From an uncultured Desulfobacula sp. (GTDB taxonomy: Bacteria; Desulfobacterota; Desulfobacteria; Desulfobacterales; Desulfobacteraceae), in contig CAZUDE010000002.1 in the NCBI GenBank assembly GCA_964619205.1, positions 61,420-125,419 of the forward strand: 64,000 nt of DNA, read 5' to 3'. This document shows positions 48,366 through 57,830 of the stretch, piece by piece. The notes under the pieces are model-generated. The model saw nothing but the letters and a program-made list of their open reading frames with translations, made no database searches and was not told the origin of the DNA. Position 1 is the first letter of the stretch, and the number at the start of each line of letters is the position of its first letter. Position numbers and translations under genes: made by a program.

Positions 48366-49404
48366 ATCTCTTTGAAATGCTGTTCATGGCCCAAGGGGAT
48401 TTCATGAGGCAGTCTGCAAACCGTTTGTGATAATTTAAGTCAAGCCCATGCCCGTTGCAGATTTTATCTGCAAAATAAACGACTTCAGTTTCGCGGACCT
48501 GGGTATGATGACCCAGTTCAATGTCCATGTGCTGGGCAACAATTTCTGCCACTTCGCTGAAGCCGAGGCAATCCAGAATCCTGGCTCCGGATTCGGCATG
48601 ATTTTTTTCTTTTCTTTTTATATCATGGAGAAGCCCTGCGGCGATTATAAGATCCGAATCTACTTTATCTGAAATGGAATGGGCGATTTTCAAGGCTGTA
48701 AAGGACACATCTGCCAGGTGGGATCTGATGGCGGTGTCATCCCCCAATATGTCATTGATAATGGAAAGGCATTCTTCTTTATCCGGAATATGAAGGGATA
48801 TAAATTTTTTAAGAACTTTTTCATATCCTTTTTTATCATCTGCATCCATTATGGTTCCCCGGTCATGGACGTTTACGGGAATTGTCCGGTTCTCCCATGA
48901 CAAAAAGAGATCCCTCAGGGTTGATCCACTGGAAAGATTTAAGATATCGCTTTTAAGCCGGGAAGGAATGAGGGGAGGGTGGCCGGGGGTTCTGTCAAAG
49001 TTTGGAATGAGGATCTGATCCCGGGTCTCATTGAATTTTTTAATCAAACCGTCAATGGTGGCGGGGCGGATTGCAGGTATATCTACCGGAAGAAGGAAAA
49101 AGCCGGTATTCTCAGGCCGGATATTTCTGACTCCTTTTTGAATGGAAGACAGCATCCCGGACTTGAAATCCGGGTTAAAGACCGGCAGAGCCCCGGCATT
49201 TCTGACAACTGGATCGAGTTCAATGCGGTTATGACCGGTCACCACGATGATATCCGTGATATGGTTGGCTTTGAACAGATGAATGACCTGCTCGATCATG
49301 GTTTTATCCCCAAAGGGCAGCAAAGGTTTAAAATCCTTCATCCTGGAGGAAAAACCGGCGGCGGGAATGACGACTGAAAGGTGTTTTGTTATGATGCTGT
49401 TCAT
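48289..49404 (-). CDS. MobA/MocA-like nucleotidyltransferase fused to an HD domain
   Basis: IPAAGFSSRMKDFKPLL, LLPVDIP, GHPPLI; C-terminal H..LLHDI..HAESG. Confidence 0.88.
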   Translation of the reverse strand: MNSIITKHLSVVIPAAGFSSRMKDFKPLLPFGDKTMIEQVIHLFKANHITDIIVVTGHNRIELDPVVRNAGALPVFNPDFKSGMLSSIQKGVRNIRPENTGFFLLPVDIPAIRPATIDGLIKKFNETRDQILIPNFDRTPGHPPLIPSRLKSDILNLSSGSTLRDLFLSWENRTIPVNVHDRGTIMDADDKKGYEKVLKKFISLHIPDKEECLSIINDILGDDTAIRSHLADVSFTALKIAHSISDKVDSDLIIAAGLLHDIKRKEKNHAESGARILDCLGFSEVAEIVAQHMDIELGHHTQVRETEVVYFADKICNGHGLDLNYHKRFADCLMKSPWAMNSISKRYENTQLIQARIESSAGKSIKEILSR

Positions 49405-49415
49405 TTTTCCTCCGG

Positions 49416-50456
49416 CTATTTTCCGAAGCTGCAATTTGGGAATCTACATGTGCCGCAACTGGAGCAGAATCCGCCGTGGCCCATGGCAATGATGTCTGTT
49501 TTGGTCACGGTTTCGCCGGCCAGAAGTCTTGGCACCACCAGATCAAAAATAGACGCCCGGTGGTACATAACGCATCCGGGCAGCCCGATGACGGGAATAT
49601 CGTTGATATAGGCCAGCATGAACATGGCTCCGGGAAGAACCGGGGCACCGTAGGAAACAATCTCTCCCCCGGCGGCCTTGATGGCCGCCGGTGTAAGATC
49701 ATCCGGGTCCACGGACATGCCGCCCGTCATGGCAATCATTTCTGCACCTTCATCCATGAGCGTTCTGATGGCAGACACGGTCATGGGCAGAGCATCGGAT
49801 ACAATTTCTTTTCTCAGGATACGGCTTCCCAGGGCCTCAAATTTTTTTTGAACCACAGGCCCGAACCCGTCCCTGATCCTGCCATGGTAAACTTCCGAGC
49901 CGGTTATAACAAGTCCCACAGCCAGTTTTGAAAAGGGGCGGATGTCGATGATGGGAAAGTATTGCCTGCAGATATCCTCGGCTTCAATAATCCGGGTTTC
50001 ATCAATGAACAAGGGAATGATCCGTGTGCCGGCAAGTTCCTGTCCTTTTTCCACGATCTGACCGGTATGAAGGGTGGCAAAAATCACATCCGGAACTGAA
50101 TTGAGTTTTTCAAGACCCGGTAAATTGATTTTCAGCAGGCCTTGTTTTGAGGCTTTAAACCCGACTTTTCCCTCTTTGGGGGCAGTGATGGAAATTCCAT
50201 AACCCAGGGCAGCCTTGGCAATTCTGACGGCTGCTTCATTTTCATGAATTTCACCGTTGAGGCAGACCACATAAATATGCTGCTTTCCTAAATCCAGGAG
50301 GGCTCCCACATCAGTTTCAGTGATGATATGGCCTTTTTTAAACCAGGGCCCCTTGAAAAGATCGGGGACAATCCGGGTTATGTCATGGAGCAGGATTTTC
50401 CCAACTGCTTCTTTAACCGGTACAGCAGTTACCTGATCTTTTTCATCATATTTCAT
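49416..50456 (-). CDS. Molybdopterin-binding protein (MoeA/MogA-like) with C-terminal Cys cluster
   Basis: ITGSEVYHGRIRD, TGGMSVDPDDLTP, PVLPGAMF, GLPGC, GGFCSSCGTCRFPNCSFGK; ORF open from 50549. Confidence 0.85.
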   Translation of the reverse strand: MKYDEKDQVTAVPVKEAVGKILLHDITRIVPDLFKGPWFKKGHIITETDVGALLDLGKQHIYVVCLNGEIHENEAAVRIAKAALGYGISITAPKEGKVGFKASKQGLLKINLPGLEKLNSVPDVIFATLHTGQIVEKGQELAGTRIIPLFIDETRIIEAEDICRQYFPIIDIRPFSKLAVGLVITGSEVYHGRIRDGFGPVVQKKFEALGSRILRKEIVSDALPMTVSAIRTLMDEGAEMIAMTGGMSVDPDDLTPAAIKAAGGEIVSYGAPVLPGAMFMLAYINDIPVIGLPGCVMYHRASIFDLVVPRLLAGETVTKTDIIAMGHGGFCSSCGTCRFPNCSFGK

Positions 50457-50545
50457 TCTTCTTCCTTTGCCCTTTGAATGAGACTTTTGATTGTCATCCT
50501 CTTGGGGATGGTTTCCTTTATTCCGTTCAATTGAACCATCATGAT

Positions 50546-50776
50546 TCAAATCCTTTTAAATGCTTTGCATTCCGGGTTGGGTTTAAGATCCAGGCATTGA
50601 ATTCTCATATCCAGGCCACAAATTCTAATCATCCGGTTTTCAAGCGGTTTTCCGATGCCCAGAAGCAGTTTAATGGTTCCCATGGCCTTGGAAGGATGCA
50701 GCCGTTCCTGACCAGCGGGGTCGATTTCGGGAAGGATGATCTGGCGGTTATATCTCTGACCGTCCATCCTTGGCAT
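50546..50776 (-). pseudogene. moeB: Internally deleted MoeB/ThiF-family gene
   Basis: N-terminal RYNRQIILPEI..GQERL joined directly to C-terminal IKLLLGIGKPLENRM..LKPNPEC; nucleotide-binding core absent. Confidence 0.75.
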
Positions 50777-53141
50777 GGTTATTTAATATTATTTTTTCAT
50801 TATATTCCTGGATTGCGTTGTATACCCGTTCCGGAGTCAGGGGCAGTTCATAAAGCCTGACTCCGGCGGCATCATACACCGCGTTCAGGATAGCCGGTAT
50901 GGTGGGCATGATGGCCCCTTCGCCGACTTCTTTGGCCCCGTATGGTCCGTTGGGTTCATCGCTTTCCACCACAATGGCTTCAACCTTTGGCATATCCATG
51001 GAGGTCACGATTTTATATTCTGCAAGATCATGATTCAGCACCCGGCCCTGATTGTCGAAGATGACTTCTTCATGCATGGCTTCGCCGATTCCCATGGACA
51101 CGGAACCCTGCATCTGGCCTTCAACCGATGTCAGGTTGATGGCCTTGCCGCAATCATGGGCGTCCGTGATCTTATCAATGGTAACCTGCCCGGTTTCCAT
51201 GTCCACGGTAACTTCAGCCACCTGGGCGGAACATCCATAAGCCGGAGAGGTTCCGACAGCAGCGCCTTTGAATTTACCGCCCAGGAGACTGGGTTTATAT
51301 TTTCCGGTTCCCACAATAGAGCCTTTTTCAAGGAAGGCGATCCTGGATGCTTCTTTAAAGGTCAGCTTTTCAGAAGCCGGATTATCATTCCATCCTCTGT
51401 GTTCCTTGATATACCGGGTTCTCAATTCTGAGAAATCCGGGGATGTTCCCTTGAATTCAATAAATCCGTTTCGGATATCCATGGTCTCAACAGGTGTTTT
51501 AAGTTGCCCGGCAAGGACTTCCAGGACCTGGATTTTTGCATGATAGGCAGCTTCTTTGGTGGCATGACCTGTCATTAAGGTCTGGCGGCTGGAATAGGCA
51601 CCCAGATCAACGCCCATATCCGTATCACCCGAGGCCAGTCTGATATTTTCCAAGGGAATGCCAAGGGTTTCAGCCGCAATCATGGCAAAGGCTGTGTCCG
51701 ATCCCTGGCCGATTTCGGCAGATGCGGTATAAACCAGGGCGGTTCCGCCGTCTTCAGTAAGTTTGACAATGACGGTTCCGTGCCAGGTATCAGATCGGTA
51801 AATGGGGTAACCCGCGCCGGATACAAAGAACCCGCAGGCCATACCGATCCCTTTTCCCTTGGGCATATTGCCTTTTTTTTTGTCCCAGTCCGATCCTTTC
51901 CGGACCGCCTCAATGCATTCCGACATGCCGAATGAACTCATGTTCAGATCGTTGCAGGTGGTGTCTCCGGTTTCCATCATGTTTTTAATTCGAAGCGCCA
52001 TGGGGTCCATACCGATTTTTTGGGCAATCATGTCCAGCTGCTGTTCAAAGCAGGCCCGGGCAATAACCGCCCCATGGCCCCGCTGGGCACCGCAGGCCGG
52101 TTTGTTGTTATATACGCGGTATCCGTCATAGCTCATGTTGTCGAGTTTATATGGTCCGCCCAAAAGGGAACCGGTATAATACACTGTTGCGATTCCAAAA
52201 CTGGTGTAGGCACCTCCGTCAAGCCAGCATTCATGCTTCAGGGCCATGAGGGTTCCGTCTTTTTTGGCGCCGGTGGTAATGGTATGGGAAAACTGGTGTC
52301 TGGCCCGTGCCAGCATGAAAACCTGATCCCTGGTATAATTCATTTTCACGGGTTTTTTTGTCTTTTTTGCAAGAAGACAGCAGGCCAGTTCCATGGGGTT
52401 GGCCGAGGCCTTGATGCCGAAGCCTGCACCCACATAAGGTTTGATCACCCGGACCTTTCCGATATCCATGCCCAGCACCATGGCCACGGTACGCTGGACA
52501 TAGTGGGGAACCTGGGTGGAGCTGGTCAGGGTCAATACGCCCAGATTATCAAATTCGGCAATACACCCCTGCATCTCTATAAATGCCCCGTCCTGGCGTT
52601 TGTTCTTCATTTTGGTGGTGATAACGATGTCGCTGTTTTTCAGGCCTTCTTCCACATTCCCGAATTCCTGGTGAACTTCGGCACACAGGTTTTTCAAAGA
52701 CCCTTCATGGAGTTGGGGAGCATCTTCTTTCATGGCGTCTTCAATGGTAAAAACAGCCGGAAGAATTTCATATTCCACTTTTATCAGTTCTACAGCGGCA
52801 AGAGCGATATCTATCGATTCAGCTGCCACGGCTGCAATTTCATCTCCGACATAGCGGACTTTTTCCAAGGCAAAAACGGTTTCATCATACCGGGCCGGGC
52901 TGACACCATATTTAATGCTGCCTGCATCCTTTGAGGTAATAACGGCTTTAACTCCTTTGAGTTTTTCAGCCGCCGACGTATCAATGGAAATGATTCTTGC
53001 GTGGGCATGGGGACTTTGCAGCAAGGCACCGTATAACATGCCAGGTCGCGAAATATCATCTACAAATACAGCTCTTCCGGTTGCCTTGTCCGGCGTATCA
53101 ATGCGGTTTGCCCGAGTGCTGATAATATCAAATTTTTTCAT
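50748..53141 (-). CDS. hcrA: Xanthine-oxidase-family molybdopterin subunit, 4-hydroxybenzoyl-CoA reductase alpha-like
   Basis: SPHAHARI, TQVPHYV, GAQRGHG (HCR-type RGHG), AEIGQG, GAYSSR, VEGQMQG, GPYGAKEVGEG. Confidence 0.75.
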   Translation of the reverse strand: MKKFDIISTRANRIDTPDKATGRAVFVDDISRPGMLYGALLQSPHAHARIISIDTSAAEKLKGVKAVITSKDAGSIKYGVSPARYDETVFALEKVRYVGDEIAAVAAESIDIALAAVELIKVEYEILPAVFTIEDAMKEDAPQLHEGSLKNLCAEVHQEFGNVEEGLKNSDIVITTKMKNKRQDGAFIEMQGCIAEFDNLGVLTLTSSTQVPHYVQRTVAMVLGMDIGKVRVIKPYVGAGFGIKASANPMELACCLLAKKTKKPVKMNYTRDQVFMLARARHQFSHTITTGAKKDGTLMALKHECWLDGGAYTSFGIATVYYTGSLLGGPYKLDNMSYDGYRVYNNKPACGAQRGHGAVIARACFEQQLDMIAQKIGMDPMALRIKNMMETGDTTCNDLNMSSFGMSECIEAVRKGSDWDKKKGNMPKGKGIGMACGFFVSGAGYPIYRSDTWHGTVIVKLTEDGGTALVYTASAEIGQGSDTAFAMIAAETLGIPLENIRLASGDTDMGVDLGAYSSRQTLMTGHATKEAAYHAKIQVLEVLAGQLKTPVETMDIRNGFIEFKGTSPDFSELRTRYIKEHRGWNDNPASEKLTFKEASRIAFLEKGSIVGTGKYKPSLLGGKFKGAAVGTSPAYGCSAQVAEVTVDMETGQVTIDKITDAHDCGKAINLTSVEGQMQGSVSMGIGEAMHEEVIFDNQGRVLNHDLAEYKIVTSMDMPKVEAIVVESDEPNGPYGAKEVGEGAIMPTIPAILNAVYDAAGVRLYELPLTPERVYNAIQEYNEKIILNNHAKDGRSEI

Positions 53142-53167
53142 GGATCCTCCTTGGGGTGATCGCTCTG

Positions 53168-53626
53168 TTATGATCTTAGGGATTCGATGGCTTCAAAAAT
53201 TTTTGTATATCCTGTACACCGGCAAAGGTTTCCGGAAATACCTTCCCGTATTTCCTGTTCTGAGGGTTTCGGGTTTTTATCCAGAAGGCTTTTGGTGGAC
53301 ATGATCATTCCGGGTGTGCAAAATCCGCATTGAATAGCCCCTTTTTCAACAAAGGCGTTTTGAATCGGATGAATTCCTTTATCCGTGCTCAATCCTTCAA
53401 CGGTCTCAATTTTTGATCCATTGGCCTGGACTGCAAGGACAAGACAGGAATTGACCGGGTCTCCATCCATAATTACAGTACAGGCACCGCAGTCGCCGGT
53501 GTCGCAGCCTTTTTTGGTGCCAGTCAGCTTGAGGTCATAGCGCAGCAGATCCGCAAGGGTTTTATTGGACTCAACGGCAATCTCACAGGCCAGTTGATTG
53601 ACGGTCAGAGTGATTATTTTTTTCAT
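53168..53626 (-). CDS. Xanthine-oxidase-family 2x[2Fe-2S] subunit (HcrC/CoxS-like)
   Basis: GCDTGDCGACTV..NSC, QCGFC, NLCRCTGY. Confidence 0.93.
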   Translation of the reverse strand: MKKIITLTVNQLACEIAVESNKTLADLLRYDLKLTGTKKGCDTGDCGACTVIMDGDPVNSCLVLAVQANGSKIETVEGLSTDKGIHPIQNAFVEKGAIQCGFCTPGMIMSTKSLLDKNPKPSEQEIREGISGNLCRCTGYTKIFEAIESLRS

Positions 53627-53640
53627 TTATGTCTCCTGTT

Positions 53641-54528
53641 CTATATCATGCATTTTGCGGCCAGTTCAAATGCGGCTGCAAGGGTTCGTTTGGTCAGAAC
53701 TCCAACCATGGCACGTCTATAAGCGGCGCTGCCCCTGAAATCATCAATGGGTTTGCAATCTTCAAATCTCGCAATTTCACCGGCTTCATAAAATGTTGGG
53801 TCTTCTGCGACTCTGTCCTTGAGAAGCGCTTCTGCTTTTAACGACCGGATAGGGGTGGCCGCAACAGAACCAAGGGCAATCCTGGCACAAAGTATTTTTT
53901 TTGTTTTTGGTTCAACTTCAAGAAAGGAAGCCACATTCACCACATTAATCTCGGAAGATTTTCGTTTTCCTAGCTGTATATAATGCGCTCCGCTTCGGGT
54001 CGGCGGTATAGGAAGCCTGAAACCCGTGATAATTTCATCCGCCTTGATATCTGTCCTTCCCGGACCTTTAAAAAAATTTTCTATGGGAACCTCCCGCTTT
54101 CCTCCCAGACTTTCCAGCAGAACAACTGCTTTATAAATTAAAAGGGCAGGAAGGGAATCACCGGCCGGGCTTGCATTGCAAACATTCCCGCCAATGGTGG
54201 CCCGGTTTCGGATCAAATGGGTACCGATGTTATCAACCCCGGATTTCAGGGCAGAAAATTTTTCACTGATGAGGGGTGTTCCTGTAATTTTTGCCATGGT
54301 TGCACAGGCCCCAATTTCCACGGACACCTTTAGATTCCTGATCTGAGCCAGAGGTTCAATTCTCTGGAGGCTGATAATATGGTCTGTGGTGATAATCTTT
54401 TTTTTCAGATGAACCAGAAGATCTGTCCCTCCTGCCAGAAGCCTTGCAGAAGGACCCATTTTTTTTTTAAGCTCCAACGCCTTTTTAATGGTTACGGGTT
54501 CATGAAATTCAAACTTAGGTAAAAGCAT
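53641..54528 (-). CDS. Xanthine-oxidase-family FAD subunit (CoxM/HcrB-like, no [4Fe-4S] insert)
   Basis: AGGTDL, IRNRATIGGNVCNASPAGD, DFRGSAAYRR. Confidence 0.92.
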   Translation of the reverse strand: MLLPKFEFHEPVTIKKALELKKKMGPSARLLAGGTDLLVHLKKKIITTDHIISLQRIEPLAQIRNLKVSVEIGACATMAKITGTPLISEKFSALKSGVDNIGTHLIRNRATIGGNVCNASPAGDSLPALLIYKAVVLLESLGGKREVPIENFFKGPGRTDIKADEIITGFRLPIPPTRSGAHYIQLGKRKSSEINVVNVASFLEVEPKTKKILCARIALGSVAATPIRSLKAEALLKDRVAEDPTFYEAGEIARFEDCKPIDDFRGSAAYRRAMVGVLTKRTLAAAFELAAKCMI

Positions 54529-54598
54529 AACATGTCCTCTCTAATTTTTGATAAATGCTCCTCACACAAAATTTTAAAACTTTGCTATCATTGAAAAG

Positions 54599-54624
54599 TC
54601 GTTATGTCAACACAAACATAACGA
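54599..54624. promoter_or_regulatory. ModE-type operator palindrome TCGTTATGT-N8-ACATAACGA
   Basis: Perfect 9-bp arms between the divergent Mo-enzyme operon and the ModE-like regulator gene. Confidence 0.75.
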
Positions 54625-54658
54625 TAAGGGATATATTTTTTATTTTAAAAACTCATAT

Positions 54659-55064
54659 TATGAATTCGAATAAACAGATGACAGAAAAAAAAATCTGGGA
54701 TACTATTGAAACCGCCATGGAGAATCCAAATATAATAGTCCGCATGAGGATCTGGATTGAATCTGAAACCGGGGAAACATTATATGGTGAAGGTCAGATC
54801 TGTATCCTGGAGGCCATTGAAAAAGAAGGCTCCATTAATGCCGCCGCAAAATCCATGGGAATGGGATACAGGTCCATGTGGGGCAGGCTTAAAAAACTCG
54901 AAAAAAGAATCGGGACACCTCTTTTAATCCGCAGGAAAGGGGGAGCCTTCGGCGGAGAAACCATTCTCACAATAGAGGCAAAAAGAATGATTGAAAAATT
55001 CAGACAGCTTCAGCAGAATCTCAACACATCAGCAGAAAAAATTCACAACATGATTTATTTGTAG
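54659..55064 (+). CDS. ModE-family winged-helix regulator (DNA-binding domain only)
   Basis: RIWIE..LYGEG..ILEAIEKEGSINAAAKSMGMGYRSMW..KGGAFGG; no molybdate-binding TOBE domains; start uncertain (54659 or 54679). Confidence 0.85.
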
Positions 55065-55128
55065 CACGGTTATTGCTCTTTTCAGTTCAGAAAGAAACAA
55101 ACTGAACACAGGAAGGGGGGCAAAAGCC

Positions 55129-55785
55129 ATGAATAATGCAAATCGGACCATCCTGAGAATGCTTGGGATTCTTTTCGTTTCACTCTTTCACACATCATTG
55201 TCATATGCCGGTGATTTTAAAGATGCAGCAGACAAAGATCTTTTTATGCCTGTCACGGTTTTGACGGTTCCCGCCAAAACTCCCTCCGAATGGATACCCT
55301 TCTCAGGTCAATCCCTTTATCGCGGGAACAATAATTTTTTTCTTGTCCATTTCCCGGCTATCAGTTCTCAGCAGTCATCTAAAAAAGGCTTTTCACATAA
55401 TATCGGAAAAGCCATGGACCTGGCATCAGACTTTTTTTTCACATATTTCTCGGTCCACGACTATTCTGTCGATGATTCCGGAGCAGAGAGTCTATTGAAA
55501 AATAAAATCCGCACATTTAAGGATGAACCTAGGAATTTTCAATTGAATCTGGGTTTTGATATCGGTTATCATACTGCTGATAATCTGAGCATAGATGCCA
55601 TAAGGGTTGAGTCTTTCTTTCATCATACCTTTGTCACTACAATTTATCATTACGGGAAAAAAGAAATCGAACTTGGTCTGAGCAATGTCATGATCAATAA
55701 TCTTCTTTTGGATGGAATGAGGCTTGAAATCCAGACAAATCCTTATGCTAATTCCGGGGCCGTTCTTTTAACAATGACCATGTAA
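55129..55785 (+). CDS. Exported hypothetical protein
   Basis: 218-aa ORF with RBS and signal peptide ending SLSYA. Confidence 0.65.
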   Translation: MNNANRTILRMLGILFVSLFHTSLSYAGDFKDAADKDLFMPVTVLTVPAKTPSEWIPFSGQSLYRGNNNFFLVHFPAISSQQSSKKGFSHNIGKAMDLASDFFFTYFSVHDYSVDDSGAESLLKNKIRTFKDEPRNFQLNLGFDIGYHTADNLSIDAIRVESFFHHTFVTTIYHYGKKEIELGLSNVMINNLLLDGMRLEIQTNPYANSGAVLLTMTM

Positions 55786-55898
55786 ATTTTTTTGAATCAG
55801 AATTAAATGATAAAAAAAATTAAAAATATGTTGCTTTTTTTCATCAAATGTGAATAAGATCGAAACAATAAAATCAAAAACAACCAAAGGATGGAAAG

Positions 55899-56549
55899 GT
55901 GTTGAATAAAATTGATGAATTTTTAAAGCGGGTTCTTGAGGCCACAGGTGTCGACTCCCAGTCCGAGCTTGCAAAAGAGCTTGAGATCAATCGGTCTGGA
56001 ATCACCCATGCACGGAACAACAATAAGATACCTGACAAATGGATTGTTAAGCTATATCGGAAATATGGGCTTAATCCAAAATGGGTTGAAACCGGGATCG
56101 GTGATATGTTTGTTCATTCGGCTTCAGACCGGGAACCTGCATTCAGGCACATTCCCAAAGTAGCAGCGAGGCTCTCGGCCGGAACAGGGTCCTTTGAGTG
56201 TGAGGAGACGGTTAAGGAGTATCTGCCCTTTCAAACAAGCTGGCTTGCCCGCAAGGGATCAGCTGATAATATGGTGGCCATGGAGGTTTTCGGGCAGAGC
56301 ATGGAACCGGTTATCAGAGAAGGGGATACAGTATTGATTGATCAGTCCCAGATAAATATTATTGCCGGAGCCATCTATGCAGTGGGAGTGGAAGATACAA
56401 TCCTGATCAAAAGACTGGAAAAACATCCCAATAAACTCGTACTCTGTAGCGATAACAAGGATTATGAGCCTATTTTTCTTGAAAGGGAAGATACAAAAAA
56501 GGTAAGGATCATCGGCAAGGTGATCTGGAGCTGCCGGGAATACAGGTAG
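55899..56549 (+). CDS. CI-like transcriptional repressor (phage-CI HTH plus S24 peptidase domain)
   Basis: SQSELAKEL..LNPKWVETGIG; GQSMEP (Ser) and IKRL (Lys) catalytic dyad. Confidence 0.88.
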   Translation: MLNKIDEFLKRVLEATGVDSQSELAKELEINRSGITHARNNNKIPDKWIVKLYRKYGLNPKWVETGIGDMFVHSASDREPAFRHIPKVAARLSAGTGSFECEETVKEYLPFQTSWLARKGSADNMVAMEVFGQSMEPVIREGDTVLIDQSQINIIAGAIYAVGVEDTILIKRLEKHPNKLVLCSDNKDYEPIFLEREDTKKVRIIGKVIWSCREYR

Positions 56550-56617
56550 TTTTTTTTATTCAATATGTTTAGTTTTTTCAACAAAAGATGAAAATTTTTT
56601 ATAAAAAGGAGCATGTA

Positions 56618-56899
56618 ATGCAACAAGTAAAAACAGACAGGCGTGAAAAAATAATGCTGGGAATTAAAGGTTTTTTCTGGGTGGCGGGGTTGCTTATTTC
56701 AGGCTGCGATAGCGATTTCATGCCCTGGGTGAATGGAATTGGTCTTCTTTTGTTTGCCTCTACTAGTCTTCTTTTGGGAAAACAGTCTTTGTCTTCTGCA
56801 ATACCCGCCAGGACATCTGCACGCCCTTGTGGTTGCAATAAGTCCGGGGAAAAACAAAAACAACAGTACTCCATGTTTGCTCCGGCTACAGGCCTTTGA
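56618..56899 (+). CDS. Small membrane hypothetical protein
   Basis: AAGGAG RBS, two hydrophobic segments; ORF open from 56588. Confidence 0.5.
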   Translation: MQQVKTDRREKIMLGIKGFFWVAGLLISGCDSDFMPWVNGIGLLLFASTSLLLGKQSLSSAIPARTSARPCGCNKSGEKQKQQYSMFAPATGL

Positions 56900-57254
56900 T
56901 GCCGACCGCCTGTTTGACAACGGTCAAGAGCATTTTAAACCGGGTGGAAGCAGTGACTGAATGGGGTACATTGGCAGGCATGACAACAGTCTGCCCTTTA
57001 GTTGCCTTGATTTTTTCACCATTGATATTGATCAGTGCTTCACCGTCCAGAACAAGGACCATGGCATCTCCCGGAGATGTATGGGCACTGATCTCCTCAT
57101 CCTTGTCAAAGGCAAAAAGGGTGATATTCACATGGGGTTTTGCACAAAGGGTCCGGCTTACTACCCGGCCTTCCTCATAGTCCACCAGTTCTATGATATC
57201 CACAGGCACGGAAAAGGGGATGTTTTTAATCAGCAGGTCTTTTTTTTCTTCCAT
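56886..57254 (-). CDS. Cupin domain protein
   Basis: FAFDKDEEISAHTSPGDAMV..DGEA..MPANVPHSV. Confidence 0.9.
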   Translation of the reverse strand: MEEKKDLLIKNIPFSVPVDIIELVDYEEGRVVSRTLCAKPHVNITLFAFDKDEEISAHTSPGDAMVLVLDGEALININGEKIKATKGQTVVMPANVPHSVTASTRFKMLLTVVKQAVGIKGL

Positions 57255-57500
57255 GGTTTTCTCCTTAAAAATCTTTGTTAAAATTCAATTGTTTTGCACC
57301 AATAAATGATGTAATGTCAAGTATCATTTAAATTGCTTAATTTCAAACATTGTAAACTTTTATCGGATTGACTGTCGCCTTCACAGACTTTTTTTTCTGT
57401 GTCAGGTCTTATTACCTATATTTTTTTTGTATTATTTACCGGAGCTATTAAAGACAAGAAGAGTAAGAGTTACAGGATTTTTTTAAAACGGGGGAAAGCC

Positions 57501-57809
57501 ATGAGCATTAAAAAGCAGTATTTAAAAACCGGGCCGATCTGCAAGGTAACCTTCCGGCTTACAAAGGAGGAGGCGTGTGATGCAAAACGTGTTTTTCTGG
57601 TTGGGGAATTCAATAACTGGAATGAAGCCGATACTCCCATGAAAGCACTAAAGAAGGGAGGTTTTACACTTACCCTTGACCTTGACACGGGTAGAGAATA
57701 CCAGTTTAGATATTTTTTTGACCGTCTTTTCTGGGGCAATGATCCAGAGGCAGACAGATATGAATACTCCTCGTTTGGAAATTGTCAAAATTCCATTGTG
57801 AGTCTATAA
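57501..57809 (+). CDS. Isoamylase early-set/CBM48-like glycogen-binding protein
   Basis: VFLVGEFNNW, GREYQFRY, WGNDPEAD. Confidence 0.85.
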   Translation: MSIKKQYLKTGPICKVTFRLTKEEACDAKRVFLVGEFNNWNEADTPMKALKKGGFTLTLDLDTGREYQFRYFFDRLFWGNDPEADRYEYSSFGNCQNSIVSL

Positions 57810-57830
57810 TCATCAGCAAAGGGGAAAATT

